NCBI GenBank assembly: GCA_963693095.2
Contig: OY843768.1
Coordinates: 32,001 to 96,000, forward strand
DNA: 64,000 nt
Reading direction: 5' to 3'
Origin: Cenarchaeum sp.
GTDB taxonomy: Archaea; Thermoproteota; Nitrososphaeria; Nitrososphaerales; Nitrosopumilaceae
In this document: positions 51,401-52,776 of the stretch, piece by piece
Position numbering within the stretch: the stretch's first letter is position 1
Layout of the letters: each line of letters opens with the position of its first letter
Notes under the pieces: generated by a model
Told to the model about the DNA's origin: nothing
What the model saw: the letters and a program-made list of their open reading frames with translations, nothing else
Databases searched by the model: none
Made by a program: the position numbers and the translations under genes

Positions 51401-51907
51401 GACGGCAGCCTCGTGCTATATCCGCTCGTCTCGGGCGACTCGGATTCTGATGCAGACGGCCTGTATGACTTTGACGTGAGGCACGTGACGTACATGATCG
51501 ACGAGGGCGGCGCGCTATACCGTCTTGCGTCAGACGGGTCGTACCGGCCGACATCGAACCTCTATTCCATGCACCACGTGCTAGACGAGTCAATGTACCG
51601 CGTGTATGGGCATGCCACGTCGTATCGCCTTGACCGCCAGGGCGAGAACTTTGAGGCAGAAAAGCGCGCGCAGGAGGCACTGGCAAAGGAGATCATGGCG
51701 AGGCTCCACATAGAGGTCGCAAGGGGAGGCATTGGCGATGCGCCCTCTGAGGACGATGTGGACGGCCCTGCTCCGGCTCCTGCAGTCAACTATGCGGATC
51801 GCCTCTCGGCCCTGCGCGACATACTCGTAAAGGAGGTCAACCTCGCCGAGCTTGCCTTTAGGGGACTGTATCCGGCACTAGCCGACCCAGTAGAGCCTGC
51901 GCCCTAG
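18461..51907 (+). CDS. Giant secreted/surface protein (11,148 aa) with many Ig-like repeats
   Basis: Uninterrupted 33.4-kb ORF with a signal peptide (LRTVFALAAIACVALAYG...ALAQ). Dozens of D..PP..F.A...T...TFSE...D..GN Ig-like modules, T/S/A/D-rich. The C-terminal CDDCTPPTLG...GFSYNG...WQNFFNHG domain is recalled from thaumarchaeal large proteins. Confidence 0.93.
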   Translation: MQGQAHACRSRDPPSGLRTVFALAAIACVALAYGIPDDALAQTALTATAEFTAEDTITLTFSSALDASSISDTSAFSVSRLYSTGLLGSVSYESVALRDDDPALDGDVISHTAGPPSTVSIRLRSGVNLPAANVIYTITVPSSVLAADGTAYDTTVTRPTATYDTIPPVIVSPKFLGHIIDIPFTDVIDRDSLPTTFRVTIPDGVDPRLRTDSDTAPDVVPLSATPVRLVSSSRIWIALFSVPVPGTVYTVTIPGTISDDGAPERNLLPAQELTVHSGGSVLDVTRPVIVESRFVSLGTIRLEFSERLADPVRSTFQVNGPSTPSGIGPAIPLNGLVVYDASARTIDLNLLGTLSDGTYTVTPLQVRDASSPSNAYTRGPVSVVRDTTQFGVDSARTAGQTVTVVTLGGFVQGGTTSASQWFITDSAPGSAAARALGVAAGGTALAPAGVVRDTHATGSTDVPVSGTRTLTLLHAPLQRTDARPTIEYRQGDDATPIRGYTLPVSSTVSPHVVASDGSPPKLRSAAFTAPDTITIEFSEAINLGTLPRPQLVRIAGPTIFAATFVDLSAESPPVYSTPSGVPTYVITLASPAALGVAHAVALPRGLSDAAILPNAYSGVSAIVSRPTLPPLGVVPTISTGGINLAFDAVLDSGAVSSATFGVRPLLRGVETNAIASADLTVTHTPNTNAILLGFPPSHPLVDTTVYHVSASGVRDSLGRTFAGPISVTYDTAPPTFTARTFSNSTTTVVNFGEALDSAIPDRTLLDPAKWSVAGSDSVIRARVDISESTVYTPQISLTHGPTADTTPDVTYSPALGATTSADVRDASGLPLAAQTVSAADGLSPSIVSSRFTGADTVRIEFSEPMSSVAATGTPAGFTVAHTAGQAAATLTYASAPAEGATVVITPTGTDSSVAANTYTGGEISVTRDLAAPTATAQFRGDLAIAVTFSEALDADTVAADEFSITLTRGTDSSAVPVITASYDSATMAVVLGTATLDTTLPHTVMVGSGITDTSANAYATAGPLSVSADTTAPSFAARTTTSQTIELTFDEDISAVSGTSATASDWRVDLTPGDLTDPASVITPISISGALPGRTLTLTLPFPTLLATFTIAPSATPSVTYVATTPAYADAAANPLATGSSARATDGIAPSVNSVSIFGPIPLVRTPGMGIGFNFALDEAAASPAWEDLLIYTGAGQRTALPGTIDSSTTTEGSTITATYVVKDDDPMGPLQFQMIVRDLAGNARVITHEDATGGITIAHNTAPTFTAATVSPTVTLVTLSAPLAIGTNLSSNLREANWRVEETTSTSPTVTLDDNRGVTFARILSLGDRPVVELTHEELVGELTPLVTFARTGNVLLVNLADVALADASVRSVASPPLSFSAATTSATTTVVTFSREIVSGVTSAFEWRVSGSHQGAQDGRALGLAVGGTPAMPAAVVADSNPNGRTPVAVSGSSLTLLHGALPATDLVLNVAYSLFPGNPGLRGADGPLGETSPPHVASTDASPPLVRTSEFVSARKIVLTFSEPLAEPSLPSTYTVRSAGATVALSDSESPAYGMVDGSPAITITLADSAADASTYTIELPMSITDEASNAHVAGSASATYTAELVASAAFTAEDTITLTFNRALDPDTIDDTSAFVITRVSTGPTPQVIALATDDPATADDVVSYTAGPPSTVSLTLSSSIGIAGIEVMYRVGIPSTVLDIDGASYGDSVPMPVAQYDTIAPTVVSSHHEGNSLVIKFSDTIDPLSVPSTISVTIPDGLDPNIATDTDTNADLVPLSVTDAVRMTAPDTMRVTHLRAFVPSVTYTYELPSSITDDGAPARNALVATTRTHTVAGSAGTGSPTVTSSFFAATDRIRLTFSDSLADPLRAAYSVNGPADGDGTGPAVALAATSPVSYVSGSLDITLAGSTHPDGTYTVTLEHVRDASLPSRPYTGGSVSIERIGAAPSVSSARTLDATTTVVTLSNAITAGSTSASQWLITDSATGSTAARALGVAIGGTVTSAAAVTADTDAMGLTDVDAGVSTTLTLLHGPLSRTDATPTIQYAQGTDATPLSGWSGTLVSTSSPHVTSADGIAPTATASFAGLQALTLTFSEALTTPIPATGWSVSVPDNTFAPPDVGSLPDDIGVSASTPPAYSSAGGTHTITLTLERNAQYGIEHTVTIPTILDASSPVSNESATTEAMVTYMPDMPTSTTVDSAVTHSSTITIVTLSGEIVGGTTAANQWFITDSAPNSPRTPVLGVAAGGSEGSPVTVIADFGDRSTPIHIGGVSTITLLHERNGLTSATPTIEYAPGGDTTPLRGLAGPLAPTASPHITAADKAPPTLDSVSISSPTGGGIIFSFAFSESVADSPAKFASSYRITTPGALPTSPVTVLGHSVSGFFTFETTIVGLLFNPSLGRTYTVTPSPDIVDLNGNAYAGEGHSARYIDDAGFFGSAVFVSSTAILLSFTHTLDDPAVDDFTVIDPDGNEFDPASISHVSETNTVTLSLNAANAAIEGETYTIEIASDLPSIRRSTYAGGDLEATYGVLTPTFTARTVSATQTRVTISEPIDAGIPDAVLLDAAKWSVEGSAGVRTALVSYSTPVAADGTRALDRSPVINLVHEPTTIPAPEIAYTAGAGGTPADVIDTSGNALSGEAVTAADGVAPSIVATRWTNEAMLIEEIGDFGQSFIGLYPPYKRNTESFIVEFSEPLTRLNVTVPNVTTTRQPFPRDHSTWAVTYTGITAAVTGTVLDLEWRAQDDASPWNASTGRLAVTVRDFAGPTATAEFRGTHGINVVFSKPLDERTALATNFGVTHSPGGEVESIAIESAVYDAASRTMRLNLVGPSSTPASTSVSISDGLTDMSKNSYVGGNVGVSADTSSPTFTARYTSHTTIELTFDEDISVPPTQLALASHWIVDTTPLDTTDTAANVTPTSIGGTLPGNTITLTLDDDDALATSSSPRVSYVAIPSTYVDTSGNVLLTGSAAIAADATPPEITSVSSFVHISDSMSRTVGGAGDTLRLSITAGENINITTNDVLYYTGPNQSPTRSDTIQNLGTMSTIDRTIGQSDPNGLLHFAVAVRDSAGNLVTVTHEDADARVIVDTAPPTFTARTILPTTTIVTISEALGGNPSVPLDLRISDWLVEETTSAVSTETTTDDAALTSVRLIEAGSSPRIEIIHEPLVANLSPLVSFLLSGSTVLRDAALSSLEPATVRSVDALPDLFVARTESATITVVTMTREIIGGSTEAGQWFVTDSAAGSSRARTMGIAVGGTTGSPAAVIADTTQDGSSEVPVQSTTSFTLLHAPLMQTDSTPTIEYVPGADATPLRDRRGPVPATSAPHITAIDGVPPTFTFGFVTSESILIYFSERVHTDNPAGAGREGWFSDLTPNTPLDTTVDLAATAGSGATIPAGQTFGRYMVHFSRTVVADDTIVVEYVPPAMGIVDSAGNALTGSNARASLTAVGVDAVSARTVDARTIVVTMPDDWPTDVPLPGVTWSVQRQPNAPYIFMVQAAGLTVDNPLVVGSKPFGEYTITLPEDEPIVPDVTAIVIATRPGVAIGNPVMPDHRLLPFIFLPTFDGVAPVPTSISATTTRMLEVTFDTPVTFDGTDTSEYADHWTLTEGTGDDATEVRITSVATKAGVNNIIEIAHDALSSTAPVAMLSYVADDDHDGRLRDRYPTDFNFVNDFEMMLRDAVGPSFTAVTMTPTTTLVMFTEPITGTTVASDWTVDGSAPTAVSQDSSTRVTLTHAPTSGGEATPAITYSAPVPLGISRAYTTSLTTTNVELASPVSEIPAPTRSLWVLEEVGGSVLPVAITQELSDDGLTITLTHAAYSSSASTGLLGYFPRGTPIVGGGGSLPETTGISVSDGAPPTIVSTSPTLVSIAGRASYVIDVTFSEPVRSTLPGNFIDYRNWLIERTRNDGTKDILSLQDPTPAANQLSLTFQIPQPDNNFVGDDTAEAFFRQRVSGGLEDLAGNRLATMTHPSELTSAPTFTARTTSPTTIALSFSTEIQAIPFYEDAPPADGWRVYPDADSTDYVVPMSISTIPFAPTTLTGIILTLSMSDALDASSTPRIEYVDDPPLIESSPEPAGITLTNVPSYDLRTGTLDVADDGIPPTFDAVYATSDASSTTFTLVFSEGLRATSLAISGVKPTIFVTSPSDSALVPTLTHTDGSNRATLTFDSLLVAGTYMVQATSGILDSSANALTARTISVEWDSSMQRPPPPPPTTPPPTTPPTTPPPTTPPPTTTTPRFPTFLSDAAGLNVATVGSDDPVIAADGVVPTFTARTTSPTTVLIEFNEPVSGATALGEWTVAGATVSSVEPVSLTAAPSLTITHSGLSTSVTPAITFDGRDDGGLEDGAMNPMAPVTAQDPVIAADGAPTTFTARTMSTTTMLITFSEPVMRAPSSSPQPTSSEFSVAGTTVTEFSETFLSPASELTLTYSPALPTGATPAVTFAALDDWTLVDQANNPVADVTAVDPVIAVDGVPPTFTVAVTAAAAPPAASTVTVTFSEQVRASPSASSINVINWLFDVTDGTPGATPVTVRPTTIALNSDSVTLLLGITRADLDSATVDAYYAVRSQAEPTFLDLAGNAVSQAESPSVMENEPTFTARTASSTRIDVTFDRAVRTMEGALAQASDWRVYPDASSSDHVVPTLVSAPSGQSLAAGGTGTTLLSLALAPGDALDTDVTPRIEYVATPPTLEGVVTATILVTHPLRAGTDATALDGAPPQPASATTNSPEQTTVTFSEPVNFAGNSFIVRMAHWAIDESVGGLTQRRAVTSVTPHATDTESLVLAHGTLESTSVRPRITYIAGNDDDGRIVDRAVDAAGMPSPNELDVDRFVVAEDGTSPAAACLSVAVIRDGSERTGPFAQYARAGDRIQVGLALVEAVPRLTPPTVRFMGGDDVTVMAHGSAGSFCTATFAQAWAAEHTIPDYETDPAEFAFVVTGADPRGNTFTFMQDSLDTANVIIDTDAPGLDGSAADALRMDQVEAGARVDGPNRLPARVGSEVRVVATADEPLDTLAGDMALFGGARLSTSVAAVAGVSPNTHAWSTTLRTGDPEGPAEFTLILRDRASNTITLTEADLTVNSLDSSRGHRVTVDTTPPRLLAAMPTSQSMATLTFSEPLRASTVRAPAAFSVAAPTGVASPTSVYDTDATPLDPAHAEATLTRGSGVLTLTGATYASDTSVLVTFSEDLDGTSVTDGALVITGPAPSMATRAIMSSSPSRNAVTLTLDSPGLDTDGVYAVRALAASSSQAGVRDTAGLALATDGTVELRRTTAAPSIAGAAYIDDTSVSVTFSEGIDASSVSAGAFSVTGPAPAVTARTVTSATLDAASPANAIRNVITLGLAGPGLDADGTYTVMALAAASAGDPGVRDTTGTALAGLGTATFERGPALTAAAYVSDTQITLTFSGPLDAATLGAGNFAVTGPAPAATPRTVASATQGSSASANTVTLTLSGAGMETDGVYTATASPRVAGTGGVPLNADLRASTLGRDTSAPTLVSAEHLGDTLIRLTFSEGIDAASVGANAFMVVGPSPMSTVLTVTSATLDAASAANAHQTVVTLTLASPGLDADGTYLVTTLAAASAGDPGVRDTTGTALSTVGTAFALRTQAAPRLLGAEYVSGTSATLTFSAEPGAALAVPATFTVTGPAPATTPRTVASAMQGSGASANTLTLTFASPGLDAEGTYTLRASGSATLIDPAHAEAMIVRDTVAPTLIGATYLNDASIRLTFSEGLDAHTVLASAFAVTGPAPGEDGIGVVGATLDAAPASNAQRTTVTLTLAPPGLDADGTYTVTALASEHPGDPGVRDTTGTALESAAQGTVVRTMTSPRLLGASYVSDTSITLEFSESLDAASVSGAAFAVSGPLHSSASLPVDSATLDTAAPDGSRRTVTLTLASPGLDTDGTYTITASAIMASYSEGSREARILLSPDLGMGVYTITPPATVADIAGNVPAAYGAGEIHYEDVASTVTVMTRVLVDGELVAADAKAGATLVIVLEADEPISVVSASLLGDAALPPTSIVGEGTSWQIRRTIADGDAEGPVEFAITVRDTALVPNETMLTHEDIADGEHHVEIDTTPLTFTAVTRPGPWPIPASRTAASVPPDATRTIVTISEALQPSVDVGMSIDTNKWILLDNPFSFQSPTATSTRLPTVGGTLLVSSATVLTLGDSPTIELIHPPSFGTHQPIVTYHPEAGDAPPLLLDTALNGPSLRDLMGSGLVHFEDVAWTVSADEVPPYLYAFIRDDNTILWLATEYIERPPPQSICDTPRTTCTNPALLAYEDWTIELVDHHSHDTPARHVAHFHPDRSASFSGIGLDQGIPNTGSSSFSYVYPEGAMRSQDFVYFTYSPPEQGAFEHPSSWWDRSGNYMEAQTWLVGRNVAPGAAELGLTVLRDDTDDGMENYVARTGPFASYARAGDRIAIDLVLDGSPSRQVRPTMSFFGGVTWSAAPLETRNDQGQISAETNPFPLWSGPEPGLRVDNRIPMVALLELREWSGTLNVSDGRPSTEGRVPFAIGVTGIGGASRTIANDAITDDSFAEIDLTPPSRPIAAFGAGGRTIVLSFDEPLDFSRAASAFGVAVEDTPVALDADTPPAYDAVTQSVTISLEEAASDGIYTVSISRDLTDRATNAYVDGDVMLSIDTNAPTASNARFSDAATILFDVSEPLDDSTLNNGNVSVVTVSDLNALSSGRAGLVVSVATEFRATEGQTVTVGIPAAVTDSSGRAFVPTELEATYGGDPPELIRAAYVSDTSVRLTFNEDLLATSVTPTAFSAMGPARDSEALRVVGATPVAGSPASTMVMLESPGMDSDGTYTFTAIAAMDETAVGVRDAIRLPLAVAATADVMRNPLSPSIESAAYVSNTGITVTITEDVSAATVRPAAFTLTGPKPSTEARDIMTATLNSEAAEGERRVITLGLVSPGMIFDGIYELTALEAAADGDAGLRDLVDTPVSPPDKVDITRSEDDLTLVSAARVDDTTIDVTFSEGIASDSIAPAAFELHGPRPSGQPDGVNGAEIGITGAALRTTDNARSEVVRLTLAAGAGLMHDGVYTVTALEDDADDDGVRSVTGEALDDDETAEFTRSEDDLTLVSAARVDDTTIDVTFSEGIASDSIAPAAFELHGPRPSGQPDGVNGAEIGITGAALRTTDNARSEVVRLTLAAGAGLMHDGVYTVTALEDDADDDGVRSVTGEALDDDETAEFTRSEDDLTLVSAARVDDTTIDVTFSEGIASDSIAPAAFELHGPRPSGQPDGVNGAEIGITGAALRTTDNARSEVVRLTLAAGAGLMHDGVYTVTALEDDADDDGVRSVTGMALDDDETAEFTRSEDDLTLVSAARVDDTTIDVTFSEGIASDSIAPAAFELHGPRPSGQPDGVNGAEIGITGAALRTTDNARSEVVRLTLAAGAGLMHDGVYTVTALEDDADDDGVRSVTGEALDDDETAEFTRSEDDLTLVSAARVDDTTIDVTFSEGIASDSIAPAAFELHGPRPSGQPDGVNGAEIGITGAALRTTDNARSEVVRLTLAAGAGLMHDGVYTVTALEDDADDDGVRSVTGMALDDDETAEFTRSEDDLTLVSAARVDDTTIDVTFSEGIASDSIAPAAFELHGPRPSGQPDGVNGAEIGITGAALRTTDNARSEVVRLTLAAGAGLMHDGVYTVTALEDDADDDGVRSVTGMALDDDETAEFTRSEDDLTLVSAARVDDTTIDVTFSEGIASDSIAPAAFELHGPRPSGQPDGVNGAEIGITGAALRTTDNARSEVVRLTLAAGAGLMHDGVYTVTALEDDADDDGVRSVTGEALDDDETAEFTRSEDDLTLVSAARVDDTTIDVTFSEGIASDSIAPAAFELHGPRPSGQPDGVNGAEIGITGAALRTTDNARSEVVRLTLAAGAGLMHDGVYTVTALEDDADDDGVRSVTGEALDDDETAEFTRSEDDLTLVSAARVDDTTIDVTFSEGIASDSIAPAAFELHGPRPSGQPDGVNGAEIGITGAALRTTDNARSEVVRLTLAAGAGLMHDGVYTVTALEDDADDDGVRSVTGEALDDDETAEFTRSEDDLTLVSAARVDDTTIDVTFSEGIASDSIAPAAFELHGPRPSGQPDGVNGAEIGITGAALRTTDNARSEVVRLTLAAGAGLMHDGVYTVTALEDDADDDGVRSVTGEALDDDETAEFTRSEDDLTLVSAARVDDTTIDVTFSEGIASDSIAPAAFELHGPRPSGQPDGVNGAEIGITGAALRTTDNARSEVVRLTLAAGAGLMHDGVYTVTALEDDADDDGVRSVTGEALDDDETAEFTRSEDDLTLVSAARVDDTTIDVTFSEGIASDSIAPAAFELHGPRPSGQPDGVNGAEIGITGAALRTTDNARSEVVRLTLAAGAGLMHDGVYTVTALEDDADDDGVRSVTGEALDDDETAEFTRSEDDLTLVSAARVDDTTIDVTFSEGIASDSIAPAAFELHGPRPSGQPDGVNGAEIGITGAALRTTDNARSEVVRLTLAAGAGLMHDGVYTVTALEDDADDDGVRSVTGMALDDDETAEFTRSEDDLTLVSAARVDDTTIDVTFSEGIASDSIAPAAFELHGPRPSGQPDGVNGAEIGITGAALRTTDNARSEVVRLTLAAGAGLMHDGVYTVTALEDDADDDGVRSVTGEALDDDETAEFTRSEDDLTLVSAARVDDTTIDVTFSEGIASDSIAPAAFELHGPRPSGQPDGVNGAEIGITGAALRTTDNARSEVVRLTLAAGAGLMHDGVYTVTALEDDADDDGVRSVTGMALDDDETAEFTRSEDDLTLVSAARVDDTTIDVTFSEGIASDSIAPAAFELHGPRPSGQPDGVNGAEIGITGAALRTTDNARSEIVRLTLAAGAGLMHDGVYTVTALEDDADDDGVRSVTGEALDDDETAEFTRSEDDLSLVSAARVDDTTIDVTFSEGIASDSIAPAAFELHGPRPSGQPDGVNGAEIGITGAALRTTDNARSEVVRLTLAAGAGLMHDGVYTVTALEDDADDDGVRSVTGMALDDDETAEFTRSEDDLTLVSAARVDDTTIDVTFSEGIASDSIAPAAFELHGPRPSGQPDGVNGAEIGITGAALRTTDNARSEVVRLTLAAGAGLMHDGVYTVTALEDDADDDGVRSVTGEALDDDETAEFTRSEDDLTLVSAARVDDTTIDVTFSEGIASDSIAPAAFELHGPRPSGQPDGVNGAEIGITGAALRTTDNARSEVVRLTLAAGAGLMHDGVYTVTALEDDADDDGVRSVTGEALDDDETAEFTRSEDDLTLVSAARVDDTTIDVTFSEGIASDSIAPAAFELHGPRPSGQPDGVNGAEIGITGAALRTTDNARSEVVRLTLAAGAGLMHDGVYTVTALEDDADDDGVRSVTGEALDDDETAEFTRSEDDLTLVSAARVDDTTIDVTFSEGIASDSIAPAAFELHGPRPSGQPDGVNGAEIGITGAALRTTDNARSEVVRLTLAAGAGLMHDGVYTVTALEDDADDDGVRSVTGEALDDDETAEFTRSEDDLTLVSAARVDDTTIDVTFSEGIASDSIAPAAFELHGPRPSGQPDGVNGAEIGITGAALRTTDNARSEVVRLTLAAGAGLMHDGVYTVTALEDDADDDGVRSVTGEALDDDETAEFTRSEDDLSLVSAARVDDTTIDVTFSEGIASDSIAPAAFELHGPRPSGQPDGVNGAEIGITGAALRTTDNARSEVVRLTLAAGAGLMHDGVYTVTALEDDADDDGVRSVTGEALDDDETAEFTRSEDDLTLVSAARVDDTTIDVTFSEGIASDSIAPAAFELHGPRPSGQPDGVNGAEIGITGAALRTTDNARSEVVRLTLAAGAGLMHDGVYTVTALEDDADDDGVRSVTGEALDDDETAEFTRSEDDLSLVSAARVDDTTIDVTFSEGIASDSIAPAAFELHGPRPSGQPDGVNGAEIGITGAALRTTDNARSEVVRLTLAAGAGLMHDGVYTVTALEDDADDDGVRSVTGMALDDDETAEFTRSEDDLSLVSARYISDTSVGLTFNEGLLESSVVKDAFTLHGPLPTTTPVLIDTATLDTASADNPHRRTVTLALVDPGMTIDGTYRATALVNDLTDAADFGVLDLTGVPLLERGTADLERALGAPTLESATYVDDNTITLTFSEAIDSGTIDPEDFELHGPRPSGADEGVNGATVAIMGADLDGDSTSNPQSTIIRLTLAGMGMVYDGIYTVTALADDPDDDTDHGVHAVSGEALAEDDTAEVSRGADNPPTLVSAVYIDDNTIRLTFSEGIDSGTLDREDFTLHGPRPSSAAEGVNGAPVEIMTALLYGDLASNPRSEIVMLTLAGMGMMYDGTYTVTALADDPGDAADHGVHATTGEALTEDGTAEVNRGDGPPTLESATYVSDVEITLTFSEGLLESSVMTDAFTLHGPLPATTAVTIDTATLDAASAENPHRRTVMLALVSPGMTIDGIYRVTALVNDVTDADIHGVLDTTGVPLLERATADLERALGAPTLVSATYVDDHNIRLTFSEGIDSATLGPEDFTVTGPEPSTTGLLVTRAALHQPMGANPFGRVITLTLGLEGMDIDGTYTVTALADDPGDSIDAGVRSTTGEPLDNNGVAQVLRDEAALTFDRARARLVGDVTAFVLTFSDGLSGTSVTLGTTITVADPDGNALSPTLSHTDGSDTVTLTFGSILPDGIYTATATTGILSMYNDALDEETTRNINWFVQRPEFCCARFVEANEILFRAEHALDPATLSAMTVSLVDSEEEPVALSADTPIVYNDDALTITLNLAEDAEYGVYHVLTTDDIIDTRSIEYEPSRLRAVHMRQTSSCDDCTPPTLGLNDNAKRLVTGGFSYNGRMLDVEYYYTPMPIQRVNVGDENVVTLKIYENNGPRAIRHAGIAFGLTDGQHFAESRASIGVDRSFEGELELTLDDPDNVIDNTSMRIEAFTSPCMVGADYLCLVVSIYHTFREPLEFTDISTVVWDDRRNAWQNFFNHGVEILGESLNPERGIPVNDGSLVLYPLVSGDSDSDADGLYDFDVRHVTYMIDEGGALYRLASDGSYRPTSNLYSMHHVLDESMYRVYGHATSYRLDRQGENFEAEKRAQEALAKEIMARLHIEVARGGIGDAPSEDDVDGPAPAPAVNYADRLSALRDILVKEVNLAELAFRGLYPALADPVEPAP
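31085..31175 (+). repeat. Pro/Thr linker repeat within the giant gene
   Basis: CCGCCGACGACG-type repeats encoding PPPPPPTTPPPTTPPTTPPPTTPPPTTTTP. Confidence 0.85.
39324..48436 (+). repeat. 25 tandem near-identical 363-bp (121-aa) coding repeats
   Basis: A period of 363 is confirmed by recurring features from 39438 to 48150 (24 intervals). Only four variable sites were seen: GAG/ATG, CTC/CTA, ACG/TCG and GTC/ATC. Confidence 0.97.
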
Positions 51908-52776
51908 CGCACAATCCTGACGGGGTTTCGCAGCGTGCCGAGGCCTGATATGGCCGACTCGACGATATCCCCGTCACCGAGGTACTCGCAGCCCTCGACG
52001 TCAAGTGCCGTCCCGCCCGGCGTGCCCGTGGAGATAATGTCGCCGCGCTCTAGTGTCATCGAGCGGCTAAGCTCCGATATGAGGCGTTCAGGCCCGAGCT
52101 TCATCTCGCCGGCGAGGGCGTCCTGGCGCGACTCGCCGTTGACGCGCGTGGTTATGCGCACGTCCCGCCAGTCGGCAACCTCATCGCGAGTCGTTATCCA
52201 CGGCCCGCACGGCGCAAACGTGTCAAACCCCTTTGCCCTCGTGAACTGCCCGTCGCCAAACTGGATATCGCGCGCCGAGACGTCATTTAGGATCATGTAT
52301 CCAAATATCGACTCGGCGGCCTCCTCGAGGCTCGCGCGCCTTGTGCGCCGTCCCACAATTACTGCAAGCTCGGTCTCATAGTCGAGCTCGCGCACGAACG
52401 ACGGGCAGACAATGTCAGCTCTTGCGCCGGCTAGCGCAGTTGACGGCTTCATGACGACAACAGGGCGCGCACTAGAGGCCGCCGTGTCGTGGCCAGACGC
52501 ATGGCTCCCATAGTTGAACGCCGAGCAGAGTATCTTTGGCGGCGTAGGTATCGGCGCGAGGAGCTCACACTCGGATATTGCATGCGCGTGCTCTATCGAG
52601 CCGGCCACGCCGCTGACCTCCTCGACCCATCCGCCAAAGAGAAACTCTGTCACGCTAGCCGGCACGGGAATGCCAGTCTGCGCCCTAATGTCCTCCATCG
52701 TCGCAACTGCGTCACCGGACACTATCGCGTACGTCTCGGCATTGCCAACCACCACTCTTGCAATCCTCACCGCCAT
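51904..52776 (-). CDS. Fumarylacetoacetate hydrolase family protein
   Basis: LDYETELAV, NDVSARDIQ, AKGFDTFAPCGPW and GDIISTGTPGG motifs. Confidence 0.95.
   Translation of the reverse strand: MAVRIARVVVGNAETYAIVSGDAVATMEDIRAQTGIPVPASVTEFLFGGWVEEVSGVAGSIEHAHAISECELLAPIPTPPKILCSAFNYGSHASGHDTAASSARPVVVMKPSTALAGARADIVCPSFVRELDYETELAVIVGRRTRRASLEEAAESIFGYMILNDVSARDIQFGDGQFTRAKGFDTFAPCGPWITTRDEVADWRDVRITTRVNGESRQDALAGEMKLGPERLISELSRSMTLERGDIISTGTPGGTALDVEGCEYLGDGDIVESAISGLGTLRNPVRIVR

Noticed and set aside
51904-51907. Convergent stop codons of the giant gene and the FAH gene sharing CTAG
   Set aside because: A common compact-genome overlap with no evidence of special function.
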